This document shows positions 31,033-41,190 of a stretch of DNA of 64,000 bases, one piece after another. Positions within the stretch are counted from its first letter, which is position 1, and every line of letters begins with the position of its first letter. Position numbers and translations under genes: made by a program. Source of the stretch: Escherichia phage MX01. The stretch lies in sequence record NC_031934.1; one strand, 5' to 3'. The notes under the pieces are model-generated. The model was not told the origin of the DNA. It searched no databases and saw nothing but the letters and a program-made list of their open reading frames with translations.

Positions 31033-32515
31033 ATGTATCAGCTTCTGTTTTATCGAAACGCCAACCTTTAATGATTGGAAGGAAAATACCTACAGTATCG
31101 GTACGTCCTTTAGAATGAACCCAACCATTACATTCACAGTCAGCAATACGTCCAATCAACTTACCTTCACGAGCTTGTTTCATAAGAAGTTCACGGTCTA
31201 AATCAGGACGGTCTTCCAATGGAATCAATACTTTTTTACCTGATTTATCTTTCTTATGGGTGGTATCTTTAAAGCCTGAACCACAGTCGCTTGTAATTCG
31301 ACGACAACGTGATACCAACTCGACACCACCTAGCTTGTTAGGGTCCTTCGAGTGTTCATAATAACCCACCACTTCTAAAGCAATATCGATTACTTCTTTG
31401 AACTTGATAAGATTCTTAGAACGACGGTTTTCCCAGTAGGAGTCCATGTTCTTAAGGATAATGCCTTCCAGACCCTGGTCGACATATTTCTTATAAACGA
31501 CTTTAGCTTCTTCAAGATTATTAACCCACCGGTTTTCGATAGCTTCAACACGCGTTGTACCATGCAATACGACATTATGAGCAACCATAAGTTCTAAGGC
31601 TGTAAAGCGTACATCATACTTATCGCCTTTAATTTTACCTTCGGAATATACGACATCCAATGGGACATAATCCCATGCCTGTAATACCATACCAGCGGCT
31701 TCAGTAGCCGAAATAGTTCCTTGAAGAGCTTTGTTAGCCAAGCCATTTGACGTAGAACGATTGGCGACAGTTTGGAATTCCTTAGCCTTACTTAATTCAG
31801 GAAGTTCCTCGTCAAACATACTAAACAAATCATTAGATGCTTTAGGTTCTACCTTAGGAGTATGGTAAACTAATTCGCCATCAATCATAACGCCATTAGG
31901 ATGGCGTTGTCGAGCTTCTTCGGTCATGGCCATTAATTCAGCCGCCAAAAGATTAAGCCCTTGATATTCGTTACCACCACGAGTAAGGAATGTCACACCA
32001 TCGTTACGAACTTCGGCAAAACAACGAGCACCATCAGCTTTTAATTGAGCAAACGCTGGCCATTTAATATTTTTCTTAATCAAAGCTTCATCATAAGAAC
32101 TCGCCAACATCTGCGGTTGTTCAGGGATTAAACCTTTCCAAACCTTGTTAGCAATAGAAATCGATGCACCACATTCAAGGTCGCGCATCATTACACGACG
32201 TAATACCTCGGCATCCGGGGCCTTAGCATCAGCAATGATTTGAGCCAGTTCTTCAATAGCCGCATTACCCGTAATCTTACGTGTGGCTAATGTGAATTCA
32301 GCGAAATCAAGAAGGTCTTCAAGAGTAATCATACCAAAGGATTGAGATGTAAATCCAGGTTCTGGCCACTTTTTAATACCGTAGTTCAGACGACGGGTAT
32401 AAGCCATACGATAAACACGTTTCAGAAGCTCATTGTCCTTTTCACGAGCAATAATGGCTTCTTTAGCTTTAGTAGAATCAATAGCAGCAATTTCGTTTAA
32501 AATATCTAAAATCAT
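30992..32515 (-). CDS. 30: ATP-dependent DNA ligase gp30
   Basis: Start at internal ATG (MILDILNEI..., GAGGTGA RBS) matching T4 ligase N-terminus MILKILNEI; KADGARC adenylation motif; 507 aa. Confidence 0.95.
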   Translation of the reverse strand: MILDILNEIAAIDSTKAKEAIIAREKDNELLKRVYRMAYTRRLNYGIKKWPEPGFTSQSFGMITLEDLLDFAEFTLATRKITGNAAIEELAQIIADAKAPDAEVLRRVMMRDLECGASISIANKVWKGLIPEQPQMLASSYDEALIKKNIKWPAFAQLKADGARCFAEVRNDGVTFLTRGGNEYQGLNLLAAELMAMTEEARQRHPNGVMIDGELVYHTPKVEPKASNDLFSMFDEELPELSKAKEFQTVANRSTSNGLANKALQGTISATEAAGMVLQAWDYVPLDVVYSEGKIKGDKYDVRFTALELMVAHNVVLHGTTRVEAIENRWVNNLEEAKVVYKKYVDQGLEGIILKNMDSYWENRRSKNLIKFKEVIDIALEVVGYYEHSKDPNKLGGVELVSRCRRITSDCGSGFKDTTHKKDKSGKKVLIPLEDRPDLDRELLMKQAREGKLIGRIADCECNGWVHSKGRTDTVGIFLPIIKGWRFDKTEADTFEDVFGDWSQTGL

Positions 32516-32525
32516 AATCACCTCA

Positions 32526-32804
32526 TTAGTCATGGATTCTATTATAAGCCACATCAGCCAAAAGCAAGTCTAATCGCTTATGATAAGAGAACACAAATCT
32601 CATTCGCCCATCAGATTTGAACTTGGACATAAAGTGGACATAAATGAATCCCTGTTCGACGCATTCGCGCCAAACAGGATGGTCTTTAGCCGGATTTACA
32701 TCAAATGAGTAATCATGATTCACATGACGAATAAACTGGTTTACATGACCATAATCCATTGTAGTGGTAGGACCATAGTCTGAAATTGTATGAACTACAA
32801 ACAT
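32526..32804 (-). CDS. Hypothetical protein (30.1 slot)
   Basis: Start at internal ATG with GAGG RBS; no recognised domain. Confidence 0.5.
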   Translation of the reverse strand: MFVVHTISDYGPTTTMDYGHVNQFIRHVNHDYSFDVNPAKDHPVWRECVEQGFIYVHFMSKFKSDGRMRFVFSYHKRLDLLLADVAYNRIHD

Positions 32805-32805
32805 A

Positions 32806-33444
32806 TTAACCTCGAGCAATCCATTCAACTGCGGCATTATTACGAAGGGATTCGATTGCTGCGATATCGTCCCATGAATTAACCTTTACGGCTAAATTAG
32901 GTTTAAAGTCACGTTCACCACGAGCTAACCAATAAACTTGGATATCCATGAGAACATTAGATGCAGCATCACAGTGGTGAGCCAAATCATCAACATAAAA
33001 CTTAATACGTTTACCGTACGTATTTTTAGCTCTTATGAAGAGGTCTTCTTTTGATTCTGAATGACCACACATCAGAATCTCCTTGAATGCGCCAGGGAAC
33101 AAAGCATTCAAATTGAATTGTCTATTCAGCAGTGCATCAATTGAGTCGCCTAGCGCAGTCACGGCTACAAAATCGAAGTCTTTTTTGAGCTTGTTGATAT
33201 GTTTTAATGCGTCCATGTAAGGAGACAGATAACGAATAAAATCTGACTGATTGTACTTCTCGATTAAACGAGCGCCTAATTCATTATCACAATTAAACAG
33301 CTCACCAGGAGATAAGAAACGTTCGTCCTGAATCATATTCAAAATATGTTCTAAAGGCAAATTATATTTCTGTGCGAAATAAGGCAAGCCGGACTGCCAA
33401 CTTAAACATACTCCATCGATATCTGTTAAGATAACTGGTTTCAT
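32806..33444 (-). CDS. HAD-superfamily hydrolase-like protein (possible 5'(3')-deoxyribonucleotidase-type)
   Basis: 212 aa; N-terminal LTDIDGV (DxDG motif I of HAD phosphatases). Confidence 0.5.
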   Translation of the reverse strand: MKPVILTDIDGVCLSWQSGLPYFAQKYNLPLEHILNMIQDERFLSPGELFNCDNELGARLIEKYNQSDFIRYLSPYMDALKHINKLKKDFDFVAVTALGDSIDALLNRQFNLNALFPGAFKEILMCGHSESKEDLFIRAKNTYGKRIKFYVDDLAHHCDAASNVLMDIQVYWLARGERDFKPNLAVKVNSWDDIAAIESLRNNAAVEWIARG

Positions 33445-33908
33445 AATAAATCTCTCAATTTGTTTAGGATGTCGATAAACTCTTTTTCAGTTAGTATTGT
33501 ATCACATTCTGTAAGGTGGCTCGCCATCGAATGCTTTAAAACTTTGCCCTTTGTAGCTTGTAATGCGTCGCGGAATCCTTTGTTTTGGAGCGCTGCTTCA
33601 AAATATGCATTTGTATACAACTCTTTCCATGATGTAGAGTATCTTGAAAAGGGAATTCCAAGCCAGAAAAGCGTCCCACGGTCCGCAGCTCTTGCATAAG
33701 CTCTTCCAGTTTGTTGTGCGGCCAGACCGGACATCCTAAATATACGTTTTTGTTGTTCATGATTTCTCACCTTACACCCTTGGAGGAATCCTTCGAGTCC
33801 ACCAAATTGGATACCATCCATAACGAAAGGCCATTTAGCAAAGTTACTTAATGCACACGATGGCCACGGAAAATTACTTCTGATTTCTAACTCAGACATC
33901 TTTGACAC
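33441..33908 (-). CDS. NADAR/YbiA-like domain protein
   Basis: 155 aa; LSNFAKWPFVMDGIQFGGLEGFLQGCK matches the FSNFA.WP...DG...E..FQ core of the YbiA/NADAR family as I recall it. Confidence 0.6.
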   Translation of the reverse strand: MSKMSELEIRSNFPWPSCALSNFAKWPFVMDGIQFGGLEGFLQGCKVRNHEQQKRIFRMSGLAAQQTGRAYARAADRGTLFWLGIPFSRYSTSWKELYTNAYFEAALQNKGFRDALQATKGKVLKHSMASHLTECDTILTEKEFIDILNKLRDLL

Positions 33909-34104
33909 TTATAATTTCGACATCAGCCCAATGCCCGTAACCAGGCAGACGGTCTTCAATAGATAATCCGCCATCAGATTTCAGCATTTTAATTGTTTTA
34001 GTATATGGTTCATCTTGCGGATGCACAGGAGATAAATCAGTTACACGATAAGTCACTTCGACCATTTCCGTACCTAATAATTTCTGAATCAATTTCTTAA
34101 CCAT
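33892..34104 (-). CDS. Hypothetical protein
   Basis: 70-aa ORF in 30.x operon, overlapping upstream stop. Confidence 0.4.
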   Translation of the reverse strand: MVKKLIQKLLGTEMVEVTYRVTDLSPVHPQDEPYTKTIKMLKSDGGLSIEDRLPGYGHWADVEIISVKDV

Positions 34105-34105
34105 A

Positions 34106-34300
34106 TTATCCTCGCTTTAAACATTTGATTACAGACAGTTCACCACCCGTGCGAACATCTTCAGTTCCATCGACCCATAGGACGGTGTAGGCTTCTTTAA
34201 TAGTAACATTACCTAATTTAAAAGCAGGTAGAACCTTTGAAATCATTCCAGGAATACCTACACCTTTTAGCTGAACAGTTTGTGATAAGAATAGTTGCAT
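34106..34300 (-). CDS. Hypothetical protein
   Basis: 64-aa ORF tightly packed in 30.x operon. Confidence 0.35.
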   Translation of the reverse strand: MQLFLSQTVQLKGVGIPGMISKVLPAFKLGNVTIKEAYTVLWVDGTEDVRTGGELSVIKCLKRG

Positions 34301-34587
34301 TAGAACCTCATCTGAAAGCCATGTGATTTAACATTACCGCCGTAGATGTCAGACGTATTGACTTCACGGGCAGCGCTCGGGTCGATATTGATATCATGGT
34401 TGAGCTTAGTGATTGCTAGGGTATCACGACCATTAACAGTACGGAATTCTACCGGGCATACAACATCGGCGTAAGCCTTAATAGATTCACGAGTGGGCTG
34501 TTTGTCGGCAGGAACGTCTTTACCCGCTTTAGAGAAAACAACTTCACAGAAATTTTTACGAGTATCGAAATAAGTGGTCATAAACAT
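34300..34587 (-). CDS. Hypothetical protein
   Basis: 95-aa ORF, start overlaps downstream stop. Confidence 0.45.
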   Translation of the reverse strand: MFMTTYFDTRKNFCEVVFSKAGKDVPADKQPTRESIKAYADVVCPVEFRTVNGRDTLAITKLNHDINIDPSAAREVNTSDIYGGNVKSHGFQMRF

Positions 34588-34627
34588 AATATTTTCCTCA
34601 AAGGGGCCGAAGCCTCCATTTTTAAGA

Positions 34628-34993
34628 TTAGATATCGAATTCGTTCAGAACTACATCAAAGATTGCTTCCAGGTGTTCAGGTTTAGCTCGGTTGCTCAGG
34701 ATGTGACGAATCCAAGTTTTAACCAGAAGCTTACGATTAACACCGTTCCAGCAAGGATGGGTACCTAAATCACGTTGACGGAAATCATCATCTAAAGCGA
34801 TTTTAAAAGTAGAACCTTCCATTGTGATTGAAACCGTAATACCATTTTCAAAGCGCATATAAACGTAGTTAGGAGTCATGCACTGTTCGATTTCGCACAC
34901 CGCGCCGTTGTTGTGTTTCCACAGGCAAATAACTTCAGAAGAACCAGCGATACCGTTAGAAACATATTTACGTTCGAAGTTGATGTAGTTCAT
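34628..34993 (-). CDS. Hypothetical protein with duplicated promoter/leader cassette
   Basis: 121 aa; 39-nt 5' leader identical to that of ORF 35067..35399. Confidence 0.55.
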   Translation of the reverse strand: MNYINFERKYVSNGIAGSSEVICLWKHNNGAVCEIEQCMTPNYVYMRFENGITVSITMEGSTFKIALDDDFRQRDLGTHPCWNGVNRKLLVKTWIRHILSNRAKPEHLEAIFDVVLNEFDI

Positions 34994-35054
34994 TTTATTC
35001 TCCAGTTTGTTTTCGTATTATTTGGTACAGGTCTATAATAACACAACCTGTACC
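34991..35054 (-). promoter_or_regulatory. Early promoter/leader cassette copy A with inverted repeat GGTACAGG/CCTGTACC flanking -10 (PeSL-like)
   Basis: 39-nt leader identical to copy B; 8-bp inverted repeat arms at 35024-35031 and 35047-35054. Confidence 0.6.
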
Positions 35055-35066
35055 AAAGTAAAACAT

Positions 35067-35399
35067 TTATTTCACAACATTCCAATTTTTCATATCAAGT
35101 TTACCAACTTTTTTCATCTGAGCAATCAGACGTTCAGCGCGTGTACGGGCATTAACATAATAGAATTCACCATTTTTGTTTTCTTCAATACGACCAGTAA
35201 TTACAGTTTTCAGTTCATAAATCCAACCTGTAAAGAAGTTGTGAAGCTCGATGGTGAACGTGAAATCAGTACCCGTACCTTCAGTTGTTTCAACTTCGAT
35301 GATATCACCTTCAACTGCAGTCAGGACCCACATGGTTTCTTGATATCCGCCGTTGAAACATTTAGCTTTAACAGATGCATTCAGATTTACAGTTTTCAT
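35067..35399 (-). CDS. Hypothetical protein with duplicated promoter/leader cassette
   Basis: 110 aa; identical leader GTACCAAATAATACGAAAACAAACTGGAGAATAAAATG. Confidence 0.55.
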   Translation of the reverse strand: MKTVNLNASVKAKCFNGGYQETMWVLTAVEGDIIEVETTEGTGTDFTFTIELHNFFTGWIYELKTVITGRIEENKNGEFYYVNARTRAERLIAQMKKVGKLDMKNWNVVK

Positions 35400-35470
35400 T
35401 TTATTCTCCAGTTTGTTTTCGTATTATTTGGTACATGTCTATAGTATCATGCCTACCGGAGATGTACACC
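35397..35470 (-). promoter_or_regulatory. Early promoter/leader cassette copy B
   Basis: Identical 39-nt leader CATTTTATTCTCCAGTTTGTTTTCGTATTATTTGGTACA (plus strand) and TACTATAGAC -10. Confidence 0.6.
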
Positions 35471-35495
35471 ATTTTTTAAAGATTTAGAAACAAAA

Positions 35496-35517
35496 ATGGG
35501 ACTCCGAAGAGTCCCAT
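35496..35517 (-). terminator. Terminator hairpin ATGGGACTC-CGAA-GAGTCCCAT
   Basis: 9-bp stem, tetraloop, T-tract on the minus strand; downstream of the small basic ORF. Confidence 0.7.
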
Positions 35518-35522
35518 AACTT

Positions 35523-35684
35523 ATGCCTGAGGCTTACCAAAGCAAGCAGCATCTGCACGCAATACTGCACGAGCACGAGCTTGAAGCTTATCAACTACCT
35601 GATTGATACGCTTGTTGGACGCACGCTTGTAACCAGCGCGTTTAGAGGTACCGTCAACTACTTTAACTTCTTTCTTAGCCATTT
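35523..35684 (-). CDS. Small basic protein (53 aa), below ORF-track cutoff
   Basis: Hand-translated MAKKEVKVVDGTSKRAGYKRASNKRINQVVDKLQARARAVLRADAACFGKPQA; followed by a tetraloop terminator on the minus strand. Confidence 0.4.
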
Positions 35685-35949
35685 TAAATCTCTTAAATTA
35701 GAATGCAGGACTTATTGGCGTTGCCTGCGCAAGCCCTCAAGGGGAACATAGGTTTCGGATATTTAACGACAGGATAACCATAAACCTCGTCATCATACCA
35801 ACCACGACTTAGACAGATAACCTTTTTCTGACGCGTGATAGTACAAAATACATTCAAGAGGTACACCGTAAAATTGTCGGGGCGGTACTTCTAAAACATA
35901 CCGATTCGTAAATCGATAATCAGACAATTCGACGGCTCCTCGATTTAAC

Positions 35950-36198
35950 TTACTTCAGGGTAATAATAAAATGACGTACTGCTTTACGAGCTGCTGAAGC
36001 CAAAGGCTTAGAAAATTTCAGTTCATCTTTAGCTTCCAGTTCAGCAGCCAGAGTAGCCTGTGCTGGGTTCAGATGTTTGAAATAACGCAGGATTTCCAGT
36101 GCTTCGGCTTCAACATCAATAGATGCACCGTAGTTTTCGTGACCGTTGTTCCAAGCGTTGCGTTGCAGTTCAAGAGCGTGATTCAGATGTTTGTTCAT
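35950..36198 (-). CDS. rIII: rIII lysis inhibition accessory protein
   Basis: 82 aa, same length as T4 rIII; position adjacent to gene 31. Confidence 0.8.
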   Translation of the reverse strand: MNKHLNHALELQRNAWNNGHENYGASIDVEAEALEILRYFKHLNPAQATLAAELEAKDELKFSKPLASAARKAVRHFIITLK

Positions 36199-36336
36199 TT
36201 TAGTTTCTCAATTCGAGATAAAGATTGGCGAGCACGTTCGTCTCAGTATTTCCAGCTGAGTTGTATCTCGCCGTATGGAAGAGGCTAACCCCATACACCA
36301 ACCGAAGTTCTGTATGACATCAACCTCTTCGTAATT

Positions 36337-36660
36337 TTATTTATACAGGCAAGGAATTGCTTTATAATGACAGGTAACGAATTTTTGTTTAATTTCTTTA
36401 GGTTGTTTAATACCTAATGCAACCAACGGATGAGGCACGTTAGCAATCTTACCCACAGGAAGTGGAGTCAAATCACCTACTTCACAAAAATCTTCAGGGA
36501 CATCAGGTCCTACAGAATAAATTTCACAAAGTTCAGGGATTTCACCTTGATGAAGTTTGCCAATAACGATACCAGATGCAGTAGTTTCTTCATCGCCAGC
36601 TTGTTTTGGTTCGGAAACGAGAATAACATATTCTCCGACCGCTTTAATAGGAAGTTCCAT
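36337..36660 (-). CDS. 31: Co-chaperonin gp31 (GroES analogue)
   Basis: [28 protein letters not shown]...[23 protein letters not shown] closely matches T4 gp31. Confidence 0.95.
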   Translation of the reverse strand: MELPIKAVGEYVILVSEPKQAGDEETTASGIVIGKLHQGEIPELCEIYSVGPDVPEDFCEVGDLTPLPVGKIANVPHPLVALGIKQPKEIKQKFVTCHYKAIPCLYK

Positions 36661-36718
36661 ATTTAATCCATATTGTTTTGTTGATAGATTAATAATAACA
36701 CGCTATTCTTAAAGCATA

Positions 36719-37018
36719 TTACAGGACAAGCAGAGTTTCGGTCTGAAGGCCGTTAACAGAAATCAGCTTATCGAAACGGAATGAACGCCAATCATTAACC
36801 TTGGTATCAAATACTCTGATATAATTAACAGGTTCTTTATTGGCTTCCGGCCCAGGGGCCTGGACTTCTTTATACGGAAGCAGGTCTAAGTCACGGGTAC
36901 AAGTCATGCGACGGGCACTACCATCGGCTTTTTCAAACAGGACTTCGTGAAAACCAACAGACAAAATAGTCTTGACTTTTTCACGGAGACGAATTGTTTC
37001 TTGTTCAGTTAAAATCAT
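36719..37018 (-). CDS. Hypothetical protein (31.x slot)
   Basis: 99-aa ORF with RBS. Confidence 0.5.
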   Translation of the reverse strand: MILTEQETIRLREKVKTILSVGFHEVLFEKADGSARRMTCTRDLDLLPYKEVQAPGPEANKEPVNYIRVFDTKVNDWRSFRFDKLISVNGLQTETLLVL

Positions 37019-37020
37019 AA

Positions 37021-37254
37021 TTATTCCAGAATAGTTTTGATAGTGGTTGCGTTACGCTCTTTTAGAGCTCTTAATAGGTTATGACAATTATCAAGAATAG
37101 GCACCGTTTTATATTTCATTTCGGCGCGAACCCAATCAGATTTATAGTACGATTTCCATCGAGAGAAAAAGTACTTTTTATATTCTACTGAATAGGCTAC
37201 TAAGCTTTCACCTTTTGAGTTCAGACCTGAAAATTTAACTAGACGAAATTTCAT
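37021..37254 (-). CDS. Hypothetical protein (31.x slot)
   Basis: 77-aa ORF. Confidence 0.45.
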   Translation of the reverse strand: MKFRLVKFSGLNSKGESLVAYSVEYKKYFFSRWKSYYKSDWVRAEMKYKTVPILDNCHNLLRALKERNATTIKTILE

Positions 37255-37799
37255 TATTCACCACAATAGTTTTGAATTGATTCCCAGTTCAGAGAACGGA
37301 GACCTGTACGATTATACTGGATAACTTCTATGCCTGATTCACGGAGGATATCGTCCCATCCTTCAGGATTTCGGTCATATAGCTCAGCATAAACCAATGT
37401 TTTAATTCCAGACTGCGCAATAGACTTAGCACAATCTGCACATGGAGATAACGTCACGTACATCGTAGCGCCGTCAATAGAACTTCCGGTACGAGCTGCA
37501 AACAAAATGGCATTCAGTTCAGCATGGATTTCATTTTTGGATGACCATGCTGCATGAGCCATACGGTGTTCTTTAAGAAGAACGGATTTGTGCGACATCC
37601 GCGCTGGGTCATACACAACACGGGTCCAGTCTTGTTCCACAGCGTGGTCACAACAGTTAACACCACCGGATGGTGAACCGTTATACCCTGTAGAAATAAT
37701 GCGGCCATTCTTTTCAATAACCGCGCCCACTTTCCATGAACAACATTTTGATTCCTGAGAAATCAGATATGCAATCTGAAGGTATGTGCTTGCTTTCAT
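37254..37799 (-). CDS. cd: dCMP deaminase
   Basis: 181 aa; HAELNAILFAA and PCADC zinc-binding cytidine/dCMP deaminase motifs. Confidence 0.93.
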   Translation of the reverse strand: MKASTYLQIAYLISQESKCCSWKVGAVIEKNGRIISTGYNGSPSGGVNCCDHAVEQDWTRVVYDPARMSHKSVLLKEHRMAHAAWSSKNEIHAELNAILFAARTGSSIDGATMYVTLSPCADCAKSIAQSGIKTLVYAELYDRNPEGWDDILRESGIEVIQYNRTGLRSLNWESIQNYCGE

Positions 37800-38029
37800 T
37801 CTATGAACACTCGCTGCGCTTCGACCAGACCATCAGAACCAAGTTTCAACTGGGTAATCTGGCCGCCATTTTTAGGATTAACGATAACCAATACCGCACG
37901 TGGTGATTCCTGAATTACTCGCAGAGTTGCGTCAGGAAAACGTACAGAAACCTTATTAATCAGGGCCTGAGCAAATTCTTTAACTTTAACTTGGAACTGC
38001 TCTACAGTAATAGGTTGTTCGCTCAGCAT
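37796..38029 (-). CDS. Hypothetical protein (cd.x slot)
   Basis: 77-aa ORF overlapping cd start. Confidence 0.45.
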   Translation of the reverse strand: MLSEQPITVEQFQVKVKEFAQALINKVSVRFPDATLRVIQESPRAVLVIVNPKNGGQITQLKLGSDGLVEAQRVFIE

Positions 38030-38583
38030 TAGATGCTCTCCAACTTAAGTTGTTTGGTAGTGGTAGCTTGGGTAATGTCGCCTTTAACAATATAACACAC
38101 TTGTTGGAACGACTTAGTCAAAAGCTCTTCAGCCTGACGATCGGCTTGTTCCTTTGTGTTATGGCGAGAATGAACTTCAATCTTACCATTTTTAACAATA
38201 AGCACTTTCCAATCAGCCGGAGTTTTAATAGGTTTGATTTCAGGGTTCTGGAAAACTAACTGCACTTCTTTAGGGTCTACCACTTCAATAAAGTATTCGA
38301 ATTCATGGCTAAAAAAGCCCGCTGAATTAAAAAGAACACTATTTGCATCGTCAGGATTACCTGTGATTTTGCTCAGGTCGATAAACATCATCTCGTCATA
38401 TACACGAATTCGGCTTACACGTTCATGACCATTATGATAATCAATTTCAACTTCAAACGGATTCATACCCACATACTTAGCAAAAGCTGTATTGAGGCCA
38501 TAAGCACCGTTATTAGTGAATTTGTTTTTAGTGTATTCACCAACGAACTTGTAAAACTTACGCTCTTCAAAGAACTGGCTCAT
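38029..38583 (-). CDS. Hypothetical protein (start set at internal ATG with GAGGAA RBS)
   Basis: 184 aa; promoter embedded in 9-bp inverted repeat immediately upstream. Confidence 0.5.
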   Translation of the reverse strand: MSQFFEERKFYKFVGEYTKNKFTNNGAYGLNTAFAKYVGMNPFEVEIDYHNGHERVSRIRVYDEMMFIDLSKITGNPDDANSVLFNSAGFFSHEFEYFIEVVDPKEVQLVFQNPEIKPIKTPADWKVLIVKNGKIEVHSRHNTKEQADRQAEELLTKSFQQVCYIVKGDITQATTTKQLKLESI

Positions 38584-38604
38584 TTCGATTTCCTCATTTG
38601 TTTC

Positions 38605-38632
38605 GGTAGGACTACTATACCACAGTCCTACC
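38605..38632 (-). promoter_or_regulatory. Early promoter embedded in 9-bp inverted repeat GGTAGGACT/AGTCCTACC (PeSL-like)
   Basis: Minus-strand GTTTAC-N18-TATAGT with perfect 9-bp arms flanking the -10. Confidence 0.55.
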
Positions 38633-38645
38633 ATAGTGTAAACAC

Positions 38646-38924
38646 TTAAATTGCTTCGACAACTACCGTTTGTTTCTGGAAATCCATTTTGCATGAAATA
38701 GCCAAAATGTGGTTATCAATTTTAAATGGAACGATTGCAAATGCTGCACCGGGCGTGAGTTGAACAGTGATTGCATCAACTGCATCCGGGAACATGATTT
38801 CCAGAATAGCAGACAAACGACCGTGCACTTTTAGTTCAGTCGACACGTCGACGCTTTCGTATAGATAATCAGATACAATCTGACTAAAAACTACTTTAAC
38901 AATTTCAGAATAAGTAGGGAACAT
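38646..38924 (-). CDS. Hypothetical protein
   Basis: 92-aa ORF. Confidence 0.45.
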   Translation of the reverse strand: MFPTYSEIVKVVFSQIVSDYLYESVDVSTELKVHGRLSAILEIMFPDAVDAITVQLTPGAAFAIVPFKIDNHILAISCKMDFQKQTVVVEAI

Positions 38925-38931
38925 AATTACC

Positions 38932-39147
38932 TCAGTGTACTGTATGGACCTTCACGTTAACAATAAACCGGTCAACGACTTCAGTCAGAGGAACAAACTC
39001 AACATAGTACTCGCCTTTGTAACGTTCATTGAGGTCATTACGAAGGGCCGCTAGTGAGTTAATGAGGGTAGGAGACATATTCTGACCTACCAGTTTCTGA
39101 AGCTCTTTATAAGCTTCTTCTTCAACTTCGTGGTGTTTGTTATACAT
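38932..39147 (-). CDS. Hypothetical protein (start at internal ATG, GGAAGA RBS)
   Basis: 71 aa; longer reading frame overlaps upstream gene. Confidence 0.4.
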   Translation of the reverse strand: MYNKHHEVEEEAYKELQKLVGQNMSPTLINSLAALRNDLNERYKGEYYVEFVPLTEVVDRFIVNVKVHTVH

Positions 39148-39336
39148 AATGTTCTTCCAAGAAGGCAAGGAGTTCAGGAGCGGATTTAAAAATACCACCA
39201 TCGACCTTGTCTTCATCTTTATAGTCCATAACATCCAGGCCAATACGTCCATCAGTTAAAGGCCATACGCCGAAGAAAAAGCATTTACGTTTTTCAATTT
39301 CTTCGATTGTACGAAAAATCTTTTCGATATTATTCA

Positions 39337-39337
<1 letters not shown>
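39140..39337 (-). CDS. Hypothetical protein
   Basis: 65-aa ORF directly downstream of pseT. Confidence 0.4.
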
Positions 39338-40540
<1,203 letters not shown>

Positions 40541-40544
<4 letters not shown>

Positions 40545-41059
40545 ACACCAAGTTCCTTATAAAGTTCTTCACGGCAAGTTTTAAGGGTTTTACCCGATTC
40601 GTAAGCAACACTTTCAGGAACATCGCCAAGGGTTACTGCGGATTGCATTTGACCGTGACGTTTAGCCGCGTATTCAAAACTTTTCACTAGCTCACGAATA
40701 CGTTCTTTTTCATTATATTCTTCAATGAATTCAGGGTATTCCCAAACCGGACGCATCATACGATACCACTGTTGGATGGTGATATAATTACTTCCATCCA
40801 AATTAATAATCTGCGAAGGCTCAATAGACCCTGGAGCATAAAAAGTTACCTGTCTTACTACATCAATACCGTCCACAATAGCCCAAGCAAAATCGAAAGT
40901 TGCCTTCTTTTCAATTGGCGTGCTTGCACAGGACCCTAGCTTAAGGAGCTTTTGTAATGCAGGAGATTTGACACCTGAAATGTATTCAGGCTTAGCCACA
41001 AAACTGTTATCACGTAAAGTCATAATAATTTCCTCAATTTTTATAATCCGTAGGAGCAT
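40541..41059 (-). CDS. Hypothetical protein (pseT.x slot)
   Basis: 172-aa ORF; true start may be internal. Confidence 0.5.
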
Positions 41060-41190
41060 TATACTCCGCTCCCAAGAGTTTGTAAACTACTTTCCAAAAA
41101 TACCATTTATACACATGCTAAGCACGATTCCAAAACAAAAGCATGTAAAGCCAAATAGAATGACATCCGACCCATCGATACAAGACTCAA

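Noticed and set aside
35685-35949. Possible tRNA gene in the ORF-free tract
   Set aside because: I could not find a cloverleaf with a 7-bp acceptor stem and T-loop GTTC-like motif by inspection; kept only as an unexplained noncoding tract in findings.
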